Shown: positions 9,537 through 18,299 of the stretch, one piece after another
How positions within the stretch are numbered: the stretch's first letter is position 1
Layout: the number at the start of each line of letters is the position of its first letter
Source of the DNA: Caedibacter taeniospiralis
GTDB lineage: Bacteria > Pseudomonadota > Gammaproteobacteria > Francisellales > Francisellaceae
Direction of reading: 5' to 3'
Assembly: GCF_002803295.2 (NCBI RefSeq)
Contig: NZ_PGGB02000003.1
Location: 94,053-126,052, forward strand
Length of the DNA: 32,000 nt
Made by a program: the position numbers and the translations under genes
The notes under the pieces: generated by a model
What the model was told of the DNA's origin: nothing
Databases searched by the model: none
Seen by the model: the letters and a program-made list of their open reading frames with translations, nothing else

Positions 9537-10049
9537 TTTATTTTATCCTCCTATGACTTAAAACCGCCAGATAACGGACTTAAGTTTGAATCACATTCAG
9601 TAGACTGGCATTGTAATGACTTTGGCTATCAAAAACAAACAAAGTCTGGTGGTCACCATAGCTTTGCCCACTTTAGTACCAGGCGAGGCAATCCATAAAA
9701 CAGCGCTGGATTGCCGCGTCGCTCCCCCTTTTTATCATTCCAACGACATGAAGCTGAAGCTTAGAGTTTCAAACATTAAAGCTTTGACCACTTTGCTGCA
9801 GTTACTATAAATGCTATGCCCTATAAAGTTTAAGTGCGCAAAAAAAGACTTAAAAATCATCATTTTGTTGAATTTACTTAGATTACTTAAACTACTGTGA
9901 CTATCAGTGATAATATAAGCTCAGATATACAACAAAATATAGCCTATTACAACACATGCTTATGAGAACCCTAAGCAGCTTCGCTTAAGGGAATCCATAT
10001 TCACCTGGTTGAACGAGGTCAAAACCATAGTAAAAAACGTGGAGAAAAA

Positions 10050-10766
10050 ATGGGAACGGCATTAGAAACCCTGCATGAAAAGATTAAAGGCGAATATAGT
10101 AATAAGCTGAAAAACAAGGAAACACTGCAGGATGAGAAAACACTGGCAGATACAGAGCAATATAAGCTAATTGTAGAAAGATTACATTCCACTGAATTTG
10201 AAACTAAGCTTGTCGAGTATTTTAAGCCATCTGAGAATAAAACGTCAGATAATCTCACCACCAAGACCAAAAAGTCTCAGCAACCGACGACTACACCGTT
10301 AGATAACTTTTACACCTCGCTAGAGCAACTTGCTCAAAATTTTTCTTTACTGGAAAAAATACTTGATGAGGATAATTTCAAGCCTGAGTATAAATTTACA
10401 AATCCAGAGGTTCAATCAACGTGGCTAGGAAAATGCAAGAACAATCCCAAACTATATCTGGATAACCGTCACATACCAATGATTGAAGCATGTACTTGGG
10501 AGGGAGAAAGAAAAAACAACCATCCTCAACCTTTTAAAAAGCTTGATAATAAGATTGCCAAGCAGCTAGTGGAGAGCAAGGTTACCGATTTAATGGTAAA
10601 TGCTACTTTTCCAAGTGCAACGAAGGATCCACAATTGGCAAGGTTATTTTATGATTTTCAGCATAGATTTTCCCAACTAACGCCTGAATATTTTGACCAG
10701 ATTATTGGATTGCCAGTCAGAACGATAGATAGCAAAATTCCTGAGAATAATTTCACATTCAGATAA
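10050..10766 (+). CDS. Hypothetical protein, probably the 5' part of a frameshift-split effector-like gene
   Basis: ATG at 10050 with GGAG 5 nt upstream. 238 aa, Lys/Glu/Thr-rich, with no signal peptide or TM segment. It ends at TAA 10764-10766 while the +1 frame is already open from 10729. Confidence 0.6.
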   Translation: MGTALETLHEKIKGEYSNKLKNKETLQDEKTLADTEQYKLIVERLHSTEFETKLVEYFKPSENKTSDNLTTKTKKSQQPTTTPLDNFYTSLEQLAQNFSLLEKILDEDNFKPEYKFTNPEVQSTWLGKCKNNPKLYLDNRHIPMIEACTWEGERKNNHPQPFKKLDNKIAKQLVESKVTDLMVNATFPSATKDPQLARLFYDFQHRFSQLTPEYFDQIIGLPVRTIDSKIPENNFTFR

Positions 10767-10812
10767 ATATACGTTTCGTAAGCTCAAAACGGATGATCGT
10801 GCGGGTTATATT

Positions 10813-12060
10813 TTGGGGCACTTAAGTTATTGCTGTCAAAGCATAGGAGCTGAGGGGGATAGCTGTGCGCGTTATGGGATGCAGGAAGAAAATAGCGGTT
10901 TTTATGTTGTTGAAGATAAGAAAGGCGATATTGTTGGTCAAGGCTGGGCAGTTTTGTACGAAGAAAAGGGGAAGCAAGTTTTAGCAATTGACTCCTGGGA
11001 AAACATACAGGATAGGTTGTCGGATAATGAGAGTAGCAAGCTGTTAGCGCACTTTGGCTATCTTTGTAAGGAGAATCAGAAGATTGACGAAATTAGGCTG
11101 GGTGTGGGCTCTGGATTTGGCGCAAGGATGGCGGATAATAAAGGACTTGTAAAAATAGAGCAGCCAACGTACCCAAACTCTGAAAAGTATAATGACGGTC
11201 AAAAGTTGTATCGTGATGGTGCAACTGCAGTAGCTATAGACTCTAAAAAGTTGGAATCTGCTAAAACAATGAACTCTGAAAGTCATACCAGACAGAATGA
11301 TAAATTGACTTTGAGTATCAACAATGTGGAGCAGGATTATGTTGCCTCCCAAATCAGTGCAATTACTAGTGCTGCAGATCTGTGTAAATTGATTTGTGGC
11401 TTGCCAAAAGAGTATGGTAATAAAGTAATAGATACAGTAGCCGATCAGCTTGGTGGTGACGATGGGTTGATCAGGGATGCCTATCAATTAGAGGCTTTAC
11501 TCAAAGTGGTAAGCTCAGAACAACAAACATTTGTTTTAAAGAAAGTAGCCGATCAGCTTGGTGGTGACGATGGGTTAATCGGGGATGCCTATCAGTTAGG
11601 GGCTTTACTCAAAGTGATAGGCTCAGAACAACAAACATTTGTTTTAAAGAAAGTAGCCGAGCAGCTTGTTGGGTTGATTGACCATAACTATTCGAATCAG
11701 TTAGAAGACTTACTCAAGGCGGTAGGTCCTGCACAACAAACACTTATTTTAGAGAAAGTAGCCGAGCAGCTTGTTGGTGAGAATGGATGGATTGGCTCTA
11801 GCCGCTCATTAATGAGTTTACTTGAAGCGGTGGGTTCAGAACAACAAACATTCATTTTAAACCTGGTTGCTGACAGTCTGTTGAATACAGCCTTGCTAGA
11901 GGGGATGCCTGACGAGCTAAAATCAGATGTTATGCGTAGACGCGCAGAAATGACAGAACATTCGTCTCCACCCGGTACATCTGGGAAAACTAATACACAT
12001 TATGAGGAAATTTTTATGCCGACTGAAAAGGGGTCACTCCATTGTGGACCTGGGGTATAA
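10813..12060 (+). CDS. Hypothetical repeat protein (36-aa tandem repeats), probably the 3' part of the same split gene
   Basis: The ORF-track start is TTG. No ATG occurs until 10879 and there is no Shine-Dalgarno sequence. The frame is open back to 10729 and reads through ...DKYTFRKLKTDDRAGYILGHLSYCCQSIG. Its C-terminal half carries 4-5 tandem 35-36-aa repeats. Confidence 0.6.
   Translation: MGHLSYCCQSIGAEGDSCARYGMQEENSGFYVVEDKKGDIVGQGWAVLYEEKGKQVLAIDSWENIQDRLSDNESSKLLAHFGYLCKENQKIDEIRLGVGSGFGARMADNKGLVKIEQPTYPNSEKYNDGQKLYRDGATAVAIDSKKLESAKTMNSESHTRQNDKLTLSINNVEQDYVASQISAITSAADLCKLICGLPKEYGNKVIDTVADQLGGDDGLIRDAYQLEALLKVVSSEQQTFVLKKVADQLGGDDGLIGDAYQLGALLKVIGSEQQTFVLKKVAEQLVGLIDHNYSNQLEDLLKAVGPAQQTLILEKVAEQLVGENGWIGSSRSLMSLLEAVGSEQQTFILNLVADSLLNTALLEGMPDELKSDVMRRRAEMTEHSSPPGTSGKTNTHYEEIFMPTEKGSLHCGPGV
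11437..11930 (+). repeat. In-frame tandem repeat array, 105-108 bp units (about 4.5 copies)
   Basis: Units start at 11437, 11545, 11653, 11758 and 11866. Units 1 and 2 differ at only 6 of 108 nt. The consensus peptide is VA(D/E)QLGGDDGLIxDAYQLxALLKVxGSEQQTFVLKK. Confidence 0.9.
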
Positions 12061-12062
12061 CT

Positions 12063-12082
12063 CCCCTTCACGTGTGAAGGGG
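12063..12082. terminator. GC-rich hairpin of the CCCCTTCAC-NN-GTGAAGGGG family, immediately after the stop of the repeat-protein gene
   Basis: CCCCTTCAC-GT-GTGAAGGGG has a 9-bp perfect stem and is followed by AATTT. There is no strong U-tract, so terminator function is inferred from position only. Confidence 0.4.
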
Positions 12083-12228
12083 AATTTAGCGCCCACAAAT
12101 TTGGAATGCGCCCTTTGAAAAGCCTAAAAAGTCTCAAAGTTATGGCGCTGAAGTCTGACTCAATTTTACTTGCTGAAAAATCATGTGGAGTAAGAGCTAA
12201 GGTCTCGTACCTGGGAAAAACCAGCTAT

Positions 12229-12705
12229 CTAGCTCCATAAAATGACTCCTATGAATTGCAGAGCATTGCATTTAATACTCCCAATCAATGCTGTATAGCT
12301 CACTTTTTCCTGCTCTAAACGCACATTTTTACCATACACGTTGCTGGTAAGCTTTTGATATAAGTCCAACTCATCATTTGTTAAACGTGAAAGCACTCGA
12401 TGTTCAGGTTTGGGTTCTTCTCCCCAAAACTCTTTGTGACTCAGCAGGGTTTTTTCATCCATCAAGAGACTTTTCACCTGCGGCAGTTTGGTGCGAAGCT
12501 GATCTAAAATCGCAAAACCATGGCTATCGATATCGCCCCAATAATAAATATTGACATTATGTAGCCAGGTAATTTGCGCTAAATTTTCAAATCCATAGCC
12601 AGCACCGAATATCACAAGACTATGCTTAAGCCTTGGGAAACAGAGAAAATTGATTTCATTTTCGGTAAAAAATACATTCTGCAGGTTTTGCTTTATTTGC
12701 GGCAA
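12229..12705 (-). pseudogene. jetD: Wadjet JetD (MksG-like, DUF2220/Toprim) C-terminal half only
   Basis: VFFTENEINF...VIFGAGYG...IYYWGDIDSHGFAILDQLR...SLLMDEKTLLSH...VRLEQEKV are hallmark JetD Toprim-domain motifs. Only about 160-175 codons remain (the frame is open to 12741 and preceded by TGATGA), with no ATG start. Confidence 0.75.
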
Positions 12706-12751
12706 AGTAATGAGCGTATCAAAATCGCGACTATTAACGCCTCATCAATTA

Positions 12752-12934
12752 CTACAAAACGAAATGTGCGAGATCGGGTATTTGTCCATTCCAAACCAAA
12801 CTGATACGCCAAACCTGCTTATCACAAGTCCCCCAGTTAAACACTTCAAGTCTTTCTAAACGAAAACCACTTAAGCGAATATCATCTAAATCATCAAAGT
12901 TTGCATCAATATTTAAGTCCAGTTGTTCAGCCAT
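12752..12934 (-). pseudogene. jetC: Wadjet JetC (MksF-like SMC ATPase) N-terminal stub
   Basis: [24 protein letters not shown] matches the conserved JetC N-terminus that precedes the Walker A loop. Similarity stops before any GxxGSGKST motif. The ATG overlaps the jetB stop (TAATG). Confidence 0.7.
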
Positions 12935-13587
12935 TATTTTTTATCCTGTAGATATTGCTTGTATTCCCCTAGCTTTTGCTCAAACTCAGACAACCACTGT
13001 GCATCGACAAACGCTTTAATAATCCGTTTGACTTCATATCGCGCCTCGGTAGCCTGAGAGCTTTGTTTTAGTTTGTACAAAAAGCCAAGCTCAACCACTT
13101 TATTGATATGCTTTTCGATTTGATCCGTAAGCTTCACCTCATTGCTTGATTCGGGTAAAAACACCTTCAAAAGTTCGACGATTTCAGCTCTGGTCAATAC
13201 CAATCGCGTATCCGATCCAGAGGCATCAAATTCAGCGAGCTTCTTTCTGAGCAGGGCTAACAACAGGCTCACAGGGAAAGACAGTGGTCTTCTAGCAAAT
13301 AATCTAAGCTCTGAGGCACTATTATTGTGATCAGTTTCTTCGCCATCTATCGGCATCTGTTTTGCGCGTAAAAAGGCGTAGCCTTCAGCTTCATCTAAAA
13401 TAAGCTCAAGCGCAAGCACCTCAATGTAATCGCAAACCTGGGCATGCAAACGAATCAAAGCATTCCAACGCTTAGGATCCGTATCCTGATAAATCACGCC
13501 TTTAAGCAGGGAGATCACAATGGGTGATAACCCAACTGAACTGTCAGCGTTTTCTTCTAAATCTAAACTCAATTGATCACTGTTCAT
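12934..13587 (-). CDS. jetB: Wadjet JetB (MksE-like, DUF4194)
   Basis: 217 aa and intact. [48 protein letters not shown] is the typical DUF4194 core. Confidence 0.8.
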   Translation of the reverse strand: MNSDQLSLDLEENADSSVGLSPIVISLLKGVIYQDTDPKRWNALIRLHAQVCDYIEVLALELILDEAEGYAFLRAKQMPIDGEETDHNNSASELRLFARRPLSFPVSLLLALLRKKLAEFDASGSDTRLVLTRAEIVELLKVFLPESSNEVKLTDQIEKHINKVVELGFLYKLKQSSQATEARYEVKRIIKAFVDAQWLSEFEQKLGEYKQYLQDKK

Positions 13588-13598
13588 CGTTATACTTC

Positions 13599-13626
13599 AT
13601 TTGATTTGATTTGATTTGATTGATTG
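13599..13626. repeat. Microsatellite (ATTTG)4(ATTG)2 in the jetA-jetB spacer
   Basis: Read directly from the sequence: ATTTGATTTGATTTGATTTGATTGATTG. Confidence 0.9.
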
Positions 13627-13627
13627 T

Positions 13628-15083
13628 TTACTTAAAATACAATATGCGAGGAAATGTGGCGCTTCTTGTTACATGCGGCAGGTCTTTTGCCTCAACTTGC
13701 CAGCTAATCGTATCTTCCTTGCTTTCATCCACGATTACACTAAAGCGATCTTTATACGTATCACTATCCATTTCCAGATAAGCCACAAGCTCAGCTAAAC
13801 CCTGTGTTAATGGACGCAAGTTGCATAATTCCACTAAAGTGGCTTGCGACTTCCGCTGCAAATGCTTACGAATATGCTGGGCAATAGCCTGTTTATCGAT
13901 AATGGTTTGTGAAAAAAAACGCTTGGATCAGCATCCTCAAGACCTTCTGTAATCTTGATATTTGCAAGCTTAACTTTCAATGGCGGTCGATAAAGGGTGC
14001 GCTCCATGGGTAAATCAATGACAGCACTGGCAGAATCAATTAACATAAATGGGGTTGCTGCGTCAACGCTAAAAAAGCGCTCTCTATCGGATAACGCAGA
14101 TGATTCAATACCATGAATAATCTCCATAATTCGTTTATTTTCCAGACATGCCTGATCATCTAAAAAGCGGCGTAGTTGTGATGATAATTGTGCTACAGTT
14201 CGTTGTGTATGTTCTCCTGCCTCCAACCAATCGTAGTGGATGCGATTAGTGCGTCTATCTGGATTCAGTGAAGCAACGGCTGATAACTTAAGTGTGTCAT
14301 TGAGCATTTTACTAAAATCTTCCTGGCGACTTGGCGACATCAAAAAATCCCAAAATGCCTGGAAACTTGTGCCTTGATCAGAATCGGCAATGGCATCTCG
14401 TTCTCCCATAATACCCTCAAGCAGCTCTCCTTTTTTGCCACCCCATAAGGCAATTCGCTCGCGCACACTTCTATCTAAGAGTGCGAAAGTTATGCTCAAC
14501 CTGACGAAAATCAGATAATAGCTCACGCGCTTGCTGACTAAATTGCATAAAGCGATCTTTAAGCGCAATATCATCTAACAGCGTCATATTGCCCTGCATG
14601 ACTTGTGCAATCTCTGCATCGATTATCTGGCGCTGTTTCTTAAGCTCTTGCAATCTCACTTCAGGGCCTATGGCACTGCCTTGAGTAATTTGTTTGAGTA
14701 GATCAAATAACATTAAAAGTCTGGACTCTGTGCCAACAAAACTGCGCTGCCCCAAAGAGGATAGCCACGAAATGGCTTTTTCAGTGGCAGGCATTAAATC
14801 AAAATAAGCCTCATCTGAATCCTGACGATAAAATCGCCGCCCAGTCATTCAAATAATCACGAGCTGGTTTGGGAAAGCTTCGTTCTCCCAATCTTTCTCT
14901 TAACTCGAACAAAACGTCTTCAAGAGCTTCAATCAGATCAGCTTCAGCAACAACGCGGACGTTCTCAGCAATAAAGACACGATTCAAAAAGCTTGCAATT
15001 AAAGGGGCATGCGGACTGACCAATAAGCGCCAGGCAGGATGATTTTGACGAAGTGATTCCAGGGTTTGATAATCAAGCTGCAT
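13628..15083 (-). pseudogene. jetA: Wadjet JetA (MksB-like kleisin, DUF3375) broken by three frameshifts
   Basis: Four consecutive minus-strand ORF pieces (14811-15083, 14471-14848, 13834-14574, 13628-13861) together give about 485 codons. They carry DUF3375 signatures in order: HPAWRLL...APLIASFL, YLNDW, FDLMPATEKAISWL, FVGTESRL, NFRTL/DRSVRERIALW, SFQAFWDFLMS, PLTQGLAELVAYL. Confidence 0.8.
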
Positions 15084-15403
15084 AAAGAATTTACCGCAAT
15101 CTCTTAAAAAGAAAGTATTTCAAAAACAAATCGGCATTGTAACGCGTGCTGGCTAACAGAAAAACCTGATTTTTTGTAACTGGCACAATTATTGTTTATG
15201 CAACTGTATTTAGTTGCAATAAAAGCAAATCAACTAGGCACTTCAGTTAATGATTTCATAAAATCAGCGATCAATAATCAACTCAACTCCAACATTCTGT
15301 AAGTTAATGGCACTAAGTTAAGCTGTTTTTAGGACCACCCCATCTGCCGCTTCGCATTGTCTTCTAGCTGCGCACAAAGCTTGCAGCGTTCAGCGTTGAG
15401 TGC

Positions 15404-15567
15404 ATAGGGATCTCAAATTTAATAAGATACCCATTTATTTTGACGGTAGTAGGGTGGATAAGCCGAAGGCACATCCATCAATACTCAACCTATTTGCTTT
15501 TCTGCGTGGATGCGCCTTCGGCTTATCCACCCCACACTGAGGTACGTTATTAACCTGGAGATCCTAT
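15404..15567. repeat. Long imperfect palindromic (MITE/REP-like) element
   Basis: The arms begin ATAGGGATCTC... on the left and ATAGGATCTCC... on the right (reverse complement). A 19-bp perfect inverted core GGGTGGATAAGCCGAAGGC (15452-15470) pairs with GCCTTCGGCTTATCCACCC (15514-15532). A half copy lies at 25486-25553. Confidence 0.8.
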
Positions 15568-15609
15568 AAAACAGTTAAACAGTAGCTGCACTCGTTCCTC
15601 CCCCATCTT

Positions 15610-15792
15610 CTAGCCCCCATCCAATGTTTTTGCCTCTTTTTTGTAAAAATCCTGGTAATCGTGGTTTATCCAAAACTCAAAAAGGCTTTGCATAGCCTTG
15701 TACTTGACTTCACCTATCTCACCATTGCTCTGCTTGCCGCCAAAAGTTTTTATAGCATGATTAAAATCCCTTGCAGAAGGGAAGAAGTCCAT
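15610..15792 (-). CDS. Small hypothetical protein (60 aa)
   Basis: An ATG-initiated ORF divergent from rpiA. I see no recognisable family and only a weak RBS. It may be a gene fragment or spurious. Confidence 0.25.
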   Translation of the reverse strand: MDFFPSARDFNHAIKTFGGKQSNGEIGEVKYKAMQSLFEFWINHDYQDFYKKEAKTLDGG

Positions 15793-15877
15793 ATATACCG
15801 CCCGTAAACCATTTTGTAATCGTTCCCGATTATGCCAAAATAACTCACCGCTAGAGTATTTGGATATTTACATACCT

Positions 15878-16555
15878 ATGTTTTTCAGCAAAAAAACAGA
15901 TCACAATGAGCTAAAAAAACTTGCTGCAAGGGCCGCACTTGAATACATCAAACCAGGCATGGTCGTTGGTGTTGGTACAGGATCAACCGTCAACTTTTTT
16001 ATTGATGAATTAATTAAGATAAAATCCAAAATTGAGCTCACGGTCTCAAGCTCTGAAGGAAGCACTAAGCGCCTTAAAGCACATGGCTTTGAAGTCGTCG
16101 ATTTGAATTACCCTGGCAAAGTAGACATCTATATTGATGGCGCTGATGAAGCGAATAAGCATCGCGAGCTTATCAAAGGAGGAGGAGCAGCTCTTACGCG
16201 TGAGAAAATTTGTCGTGTTGCCAGTGAAAAATTTGTTTGCATTATCGATCAAAGCAAGCTTGTGCCACAATTAGGCAGATTTCCTTTACCCGTTGAGGTC
16301 ATTCCAATGGCCAGAAGCTATGTTGCCAAAGAACTAATAAGGATTGGGGGGCAGCCTGTTTATCGTGAGGGAGTTGTGACCGATAATGGCAATATCATCA
16401 TTGATATTCATAATCTGATGATCGACAACCCATTAAAGCTTGAACAACAACTCAACCAAATTACAGGTGTTGTCTGTAATGGTCTGTTTGCGGTGAATCC
16501 TGCTGATGTGCTTCTGATCGCCAATGACAACGGAAAGATTGATACGATTTCATAA
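15878..16555 (+). CDS. rpiA: Ribose-5-phosphate isomerase A
   Basis: [31 protein letters not shown] and [10 protein letters not shown] motifs. The start is moved from the TTG at 15860 to the ATG at 15878, giving 225 aa. Confidence 0.9.
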   Translation: MFFSKKTDHNELKKLAARAALEYIKPGMVVGVGTGSTVNFFIDELIKIKSKIELTVSSSEGSTKRLKAHGFEVVDLNYPGKVDIYIDGADEANKHRELIKGGGAALTREKICRVASEKFVCIIDQSKLVPQLGRFPLPVEVIPMARSYVAKELIRIGGQPVYREGVVTDNGNIIIDIHNLMIDNPLKLEQQLNQITGVVCNGLFAVNPADVLLIANDNGKIDTIS

Positions 16556-16727
16556 AACATACCTATCATAGATCACGGCGTTGAAATTTATGCTTATGCT
16601 TAAGGTAGAAGATAGGACTCAATAAACTCTATCCATCGCTTTTTCTACCCATTTGTAACTGTAAAACGCTCTACAAGTGAGATACAATCTCCACACTTTT
16701 AATCCCTTCCTTTGGAACAATAAACCA

Positions 16728-18299
16728 ATGAGAACCATTAAACGCGCTTTAATTAGCGTTTCTGACAAAACGGGAATTGTCGACTTTGCCAAACAGCTAC
16801 ATCAACTTCACATAGAGATTTTATCCACAGGGGGTACTGCCAAACTACTTATGGAAGCTGGAGTTCCCGTCATTGAAGTTTCTGACTACACGGGTTTTCC
16901 CGAGATGATGGGTGGACGAGTTAAGACATTACACCCTAAAATTCATGGAGGTATTCTGGGGCGCCGCGATCGTGATCGAGAAATTATGCAAAAACACCAG
17001 ATTCCTGAAATTGATCTGATCATTGTTAATCTTTATCCTTTTAAGCAAACAGTTGAGAAGCCGAATGTAAGCTTTGCTGAAACGATTGAAAATATCGACA
17101 TTGGAGGTCCTGCGATGCTGCGTTCAGCTGCGAAAAATCATCAGGATGTTGCGGTTATTTGCGACCCTAACGATTACGCTGAAATCATACAGAAACTAAA
17201 CCACACCCAGGGTGCTTTAGACTTCGCAACGCGGTTTCGGCTGGCTTGTAAGGTCTTTGAACACACTGCACACTATGATGGCATGATTGCTAACCATCTT
17301 GGCGCATTCAATCCAGAAACTGGTAATAAAGGGCAACGATTTGCCAATACTATTAATTTGCAATATACGAAGGCACAAGAAATGCGCTACGGTGAAAACC
17401 CGCATCAGCAGGCTGCACTTTATATTGAGCCAAACTATCCCAACGCATCGGTGGCACGCGCCAAACAGCTGCAGGGCAAAGCGTTATCATATAACAATAT
17501 TGCTGACACGGATGCAGCCCTGCAGTGCGTTAAAAGCTTTGATTTACCCGCTTGCGTTATTGTTAAACACGCCAATCCTTGCGGTGTTGCGATTGGGAGC
17601 TCCTTAAATAAAGCCTATCAAAAGGCTTTTCAAACCGACCCAACCTCTGCCTTTGGTAGCATTATTGCTTTTAATCAAGTACTTGACGGCATAACTGCTA
17701 AAGCAATTATCGATCAGCAGTTTGTTGAAGTAATTATCGCCCCTGAAGTGACGGCGGATGCCTTGAAGGTTCTGGCCAATAAGCCTAATGTCCGCGTCCT
17801 TGCCTGCGGCTATGACAGAAAGCCAAATTTACCTGAGTTAGAACTGAAAAAAATTGATGGAGGTCTTCTTGTGCAGGATAAAGATGTCCATCAGCTAAAC
17901 GAGAATAAGCTTACTATCGTAACAAAGACAGCTCCTACTGTTAAGCAAGTACAAGATCTGCTATTTGCCTGGAAAGTAGTTAAGTTTGTTAAATCAAATG
18001 CAATTGTCTATGCCAAAAACCATATGACCATTGGCATAGGGGCTGGACAAATGAGTCGAGTATTTAGCTCTAAAATTGCTCTTGAGAAGGCTCAGGATGC
18101 TAAGCTTAATGTTCACGATTCAGTGATGGCATCTGATGCTTTTTTCCCTTTTAGAGATGGAGTGGATGCTGCGGCTAAATCAGGCATTAGCGCAATTATT
18201 CAACCAGGTGGCTCAATGCGCGATCAGGAAGTGATCGATGCAGCAAATGAGCATGGCATTGTCATGGTATTTACAGGGGTGAGACATTTTAGGCATTGA
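16728..18299 (+). CDS. purH: Bifunctional AICAR transformylase / IMP cyclohydrolase
   Basis: [37 protein letters not shown] and GAGQMSRV motifs. The start is moved from the GTG at 16677 to the ATG at 16728 ([14 protein letters not shown]). Confidence 0.93.
   Translation: MRTIKRALISVSDKTGIVDFAKQLHQLHIEILSTGGTAKLLMEAGVPVIEVSDYTGFPEMMGGRVKTLHPKIHGGILGRRDRDREIMQKHQIPEIDLIIVNLYPFKQTVEKPNVSFAETIENIDIGGPAMLRSAAKNHQDVAVICDPNDYAEIIQKLNHTQGALDFATRFRLACKVFEHTAHYDGMIANHLGAFNPETGNKGQRFANTINLQYTKAQEMRYGENPHQQAALYIEPNYPNASVARAKQLQGKALSYNNIADTDAALQCVKSFDLPACVIVKHANPCGVAIGSSLNKAYQKAFQTDPTSAFGSIIAFNQVLDGITAKAIIDQQFVEVIIAPEVTADALKVLANKPNVRVLACGYDRKPNLPELELKKIDGGLLVQDKDVHQLNENKLTIVTKTAPTVKQVQDLLFAWKVVKFVKSNAIVYAKNHMTIGIGAGQMSRVFSSKIALEKAQDAKLNVHDSVMASDAFFPFRDGVDAAAKSGISAIIQPGGSMRDQEVIDAANEHGIVMVFTGVRHFRH

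Noticed and set aside
11044-11487. 147-aa ORF antisense to the repeat-protein gene
   Set aside because: It is a shadow ORF within an AT-rich coding region, with no start context or recognisable motifs.
12040-12060. Possible CaaX prenylation box at the C-terminus of the repeat protein (..LHCGPGV)
   Set aside because: The Cys is at position -6, not -4, so it does not fit the CaaX rule.
13628-15083. Programmed ribosomal frameshifting as an explanation for the split jetA
   Set aside because: Three separate shifts occur in different sequence contexts, and there is also a multi-kb deletion in the same operon. Together these fit gene decay far better than recoding.
16556-16727. Possible ZTP (pfl-type) riboswitch upstream of purH
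   Set aside because: purH is a classic ZTP riboswitch target. However, I could not find the conserved GGGTCGTGA...CCGGGCGGA...CCGCCTGGGC-type pseudoknot elements in this 170-nt leader.
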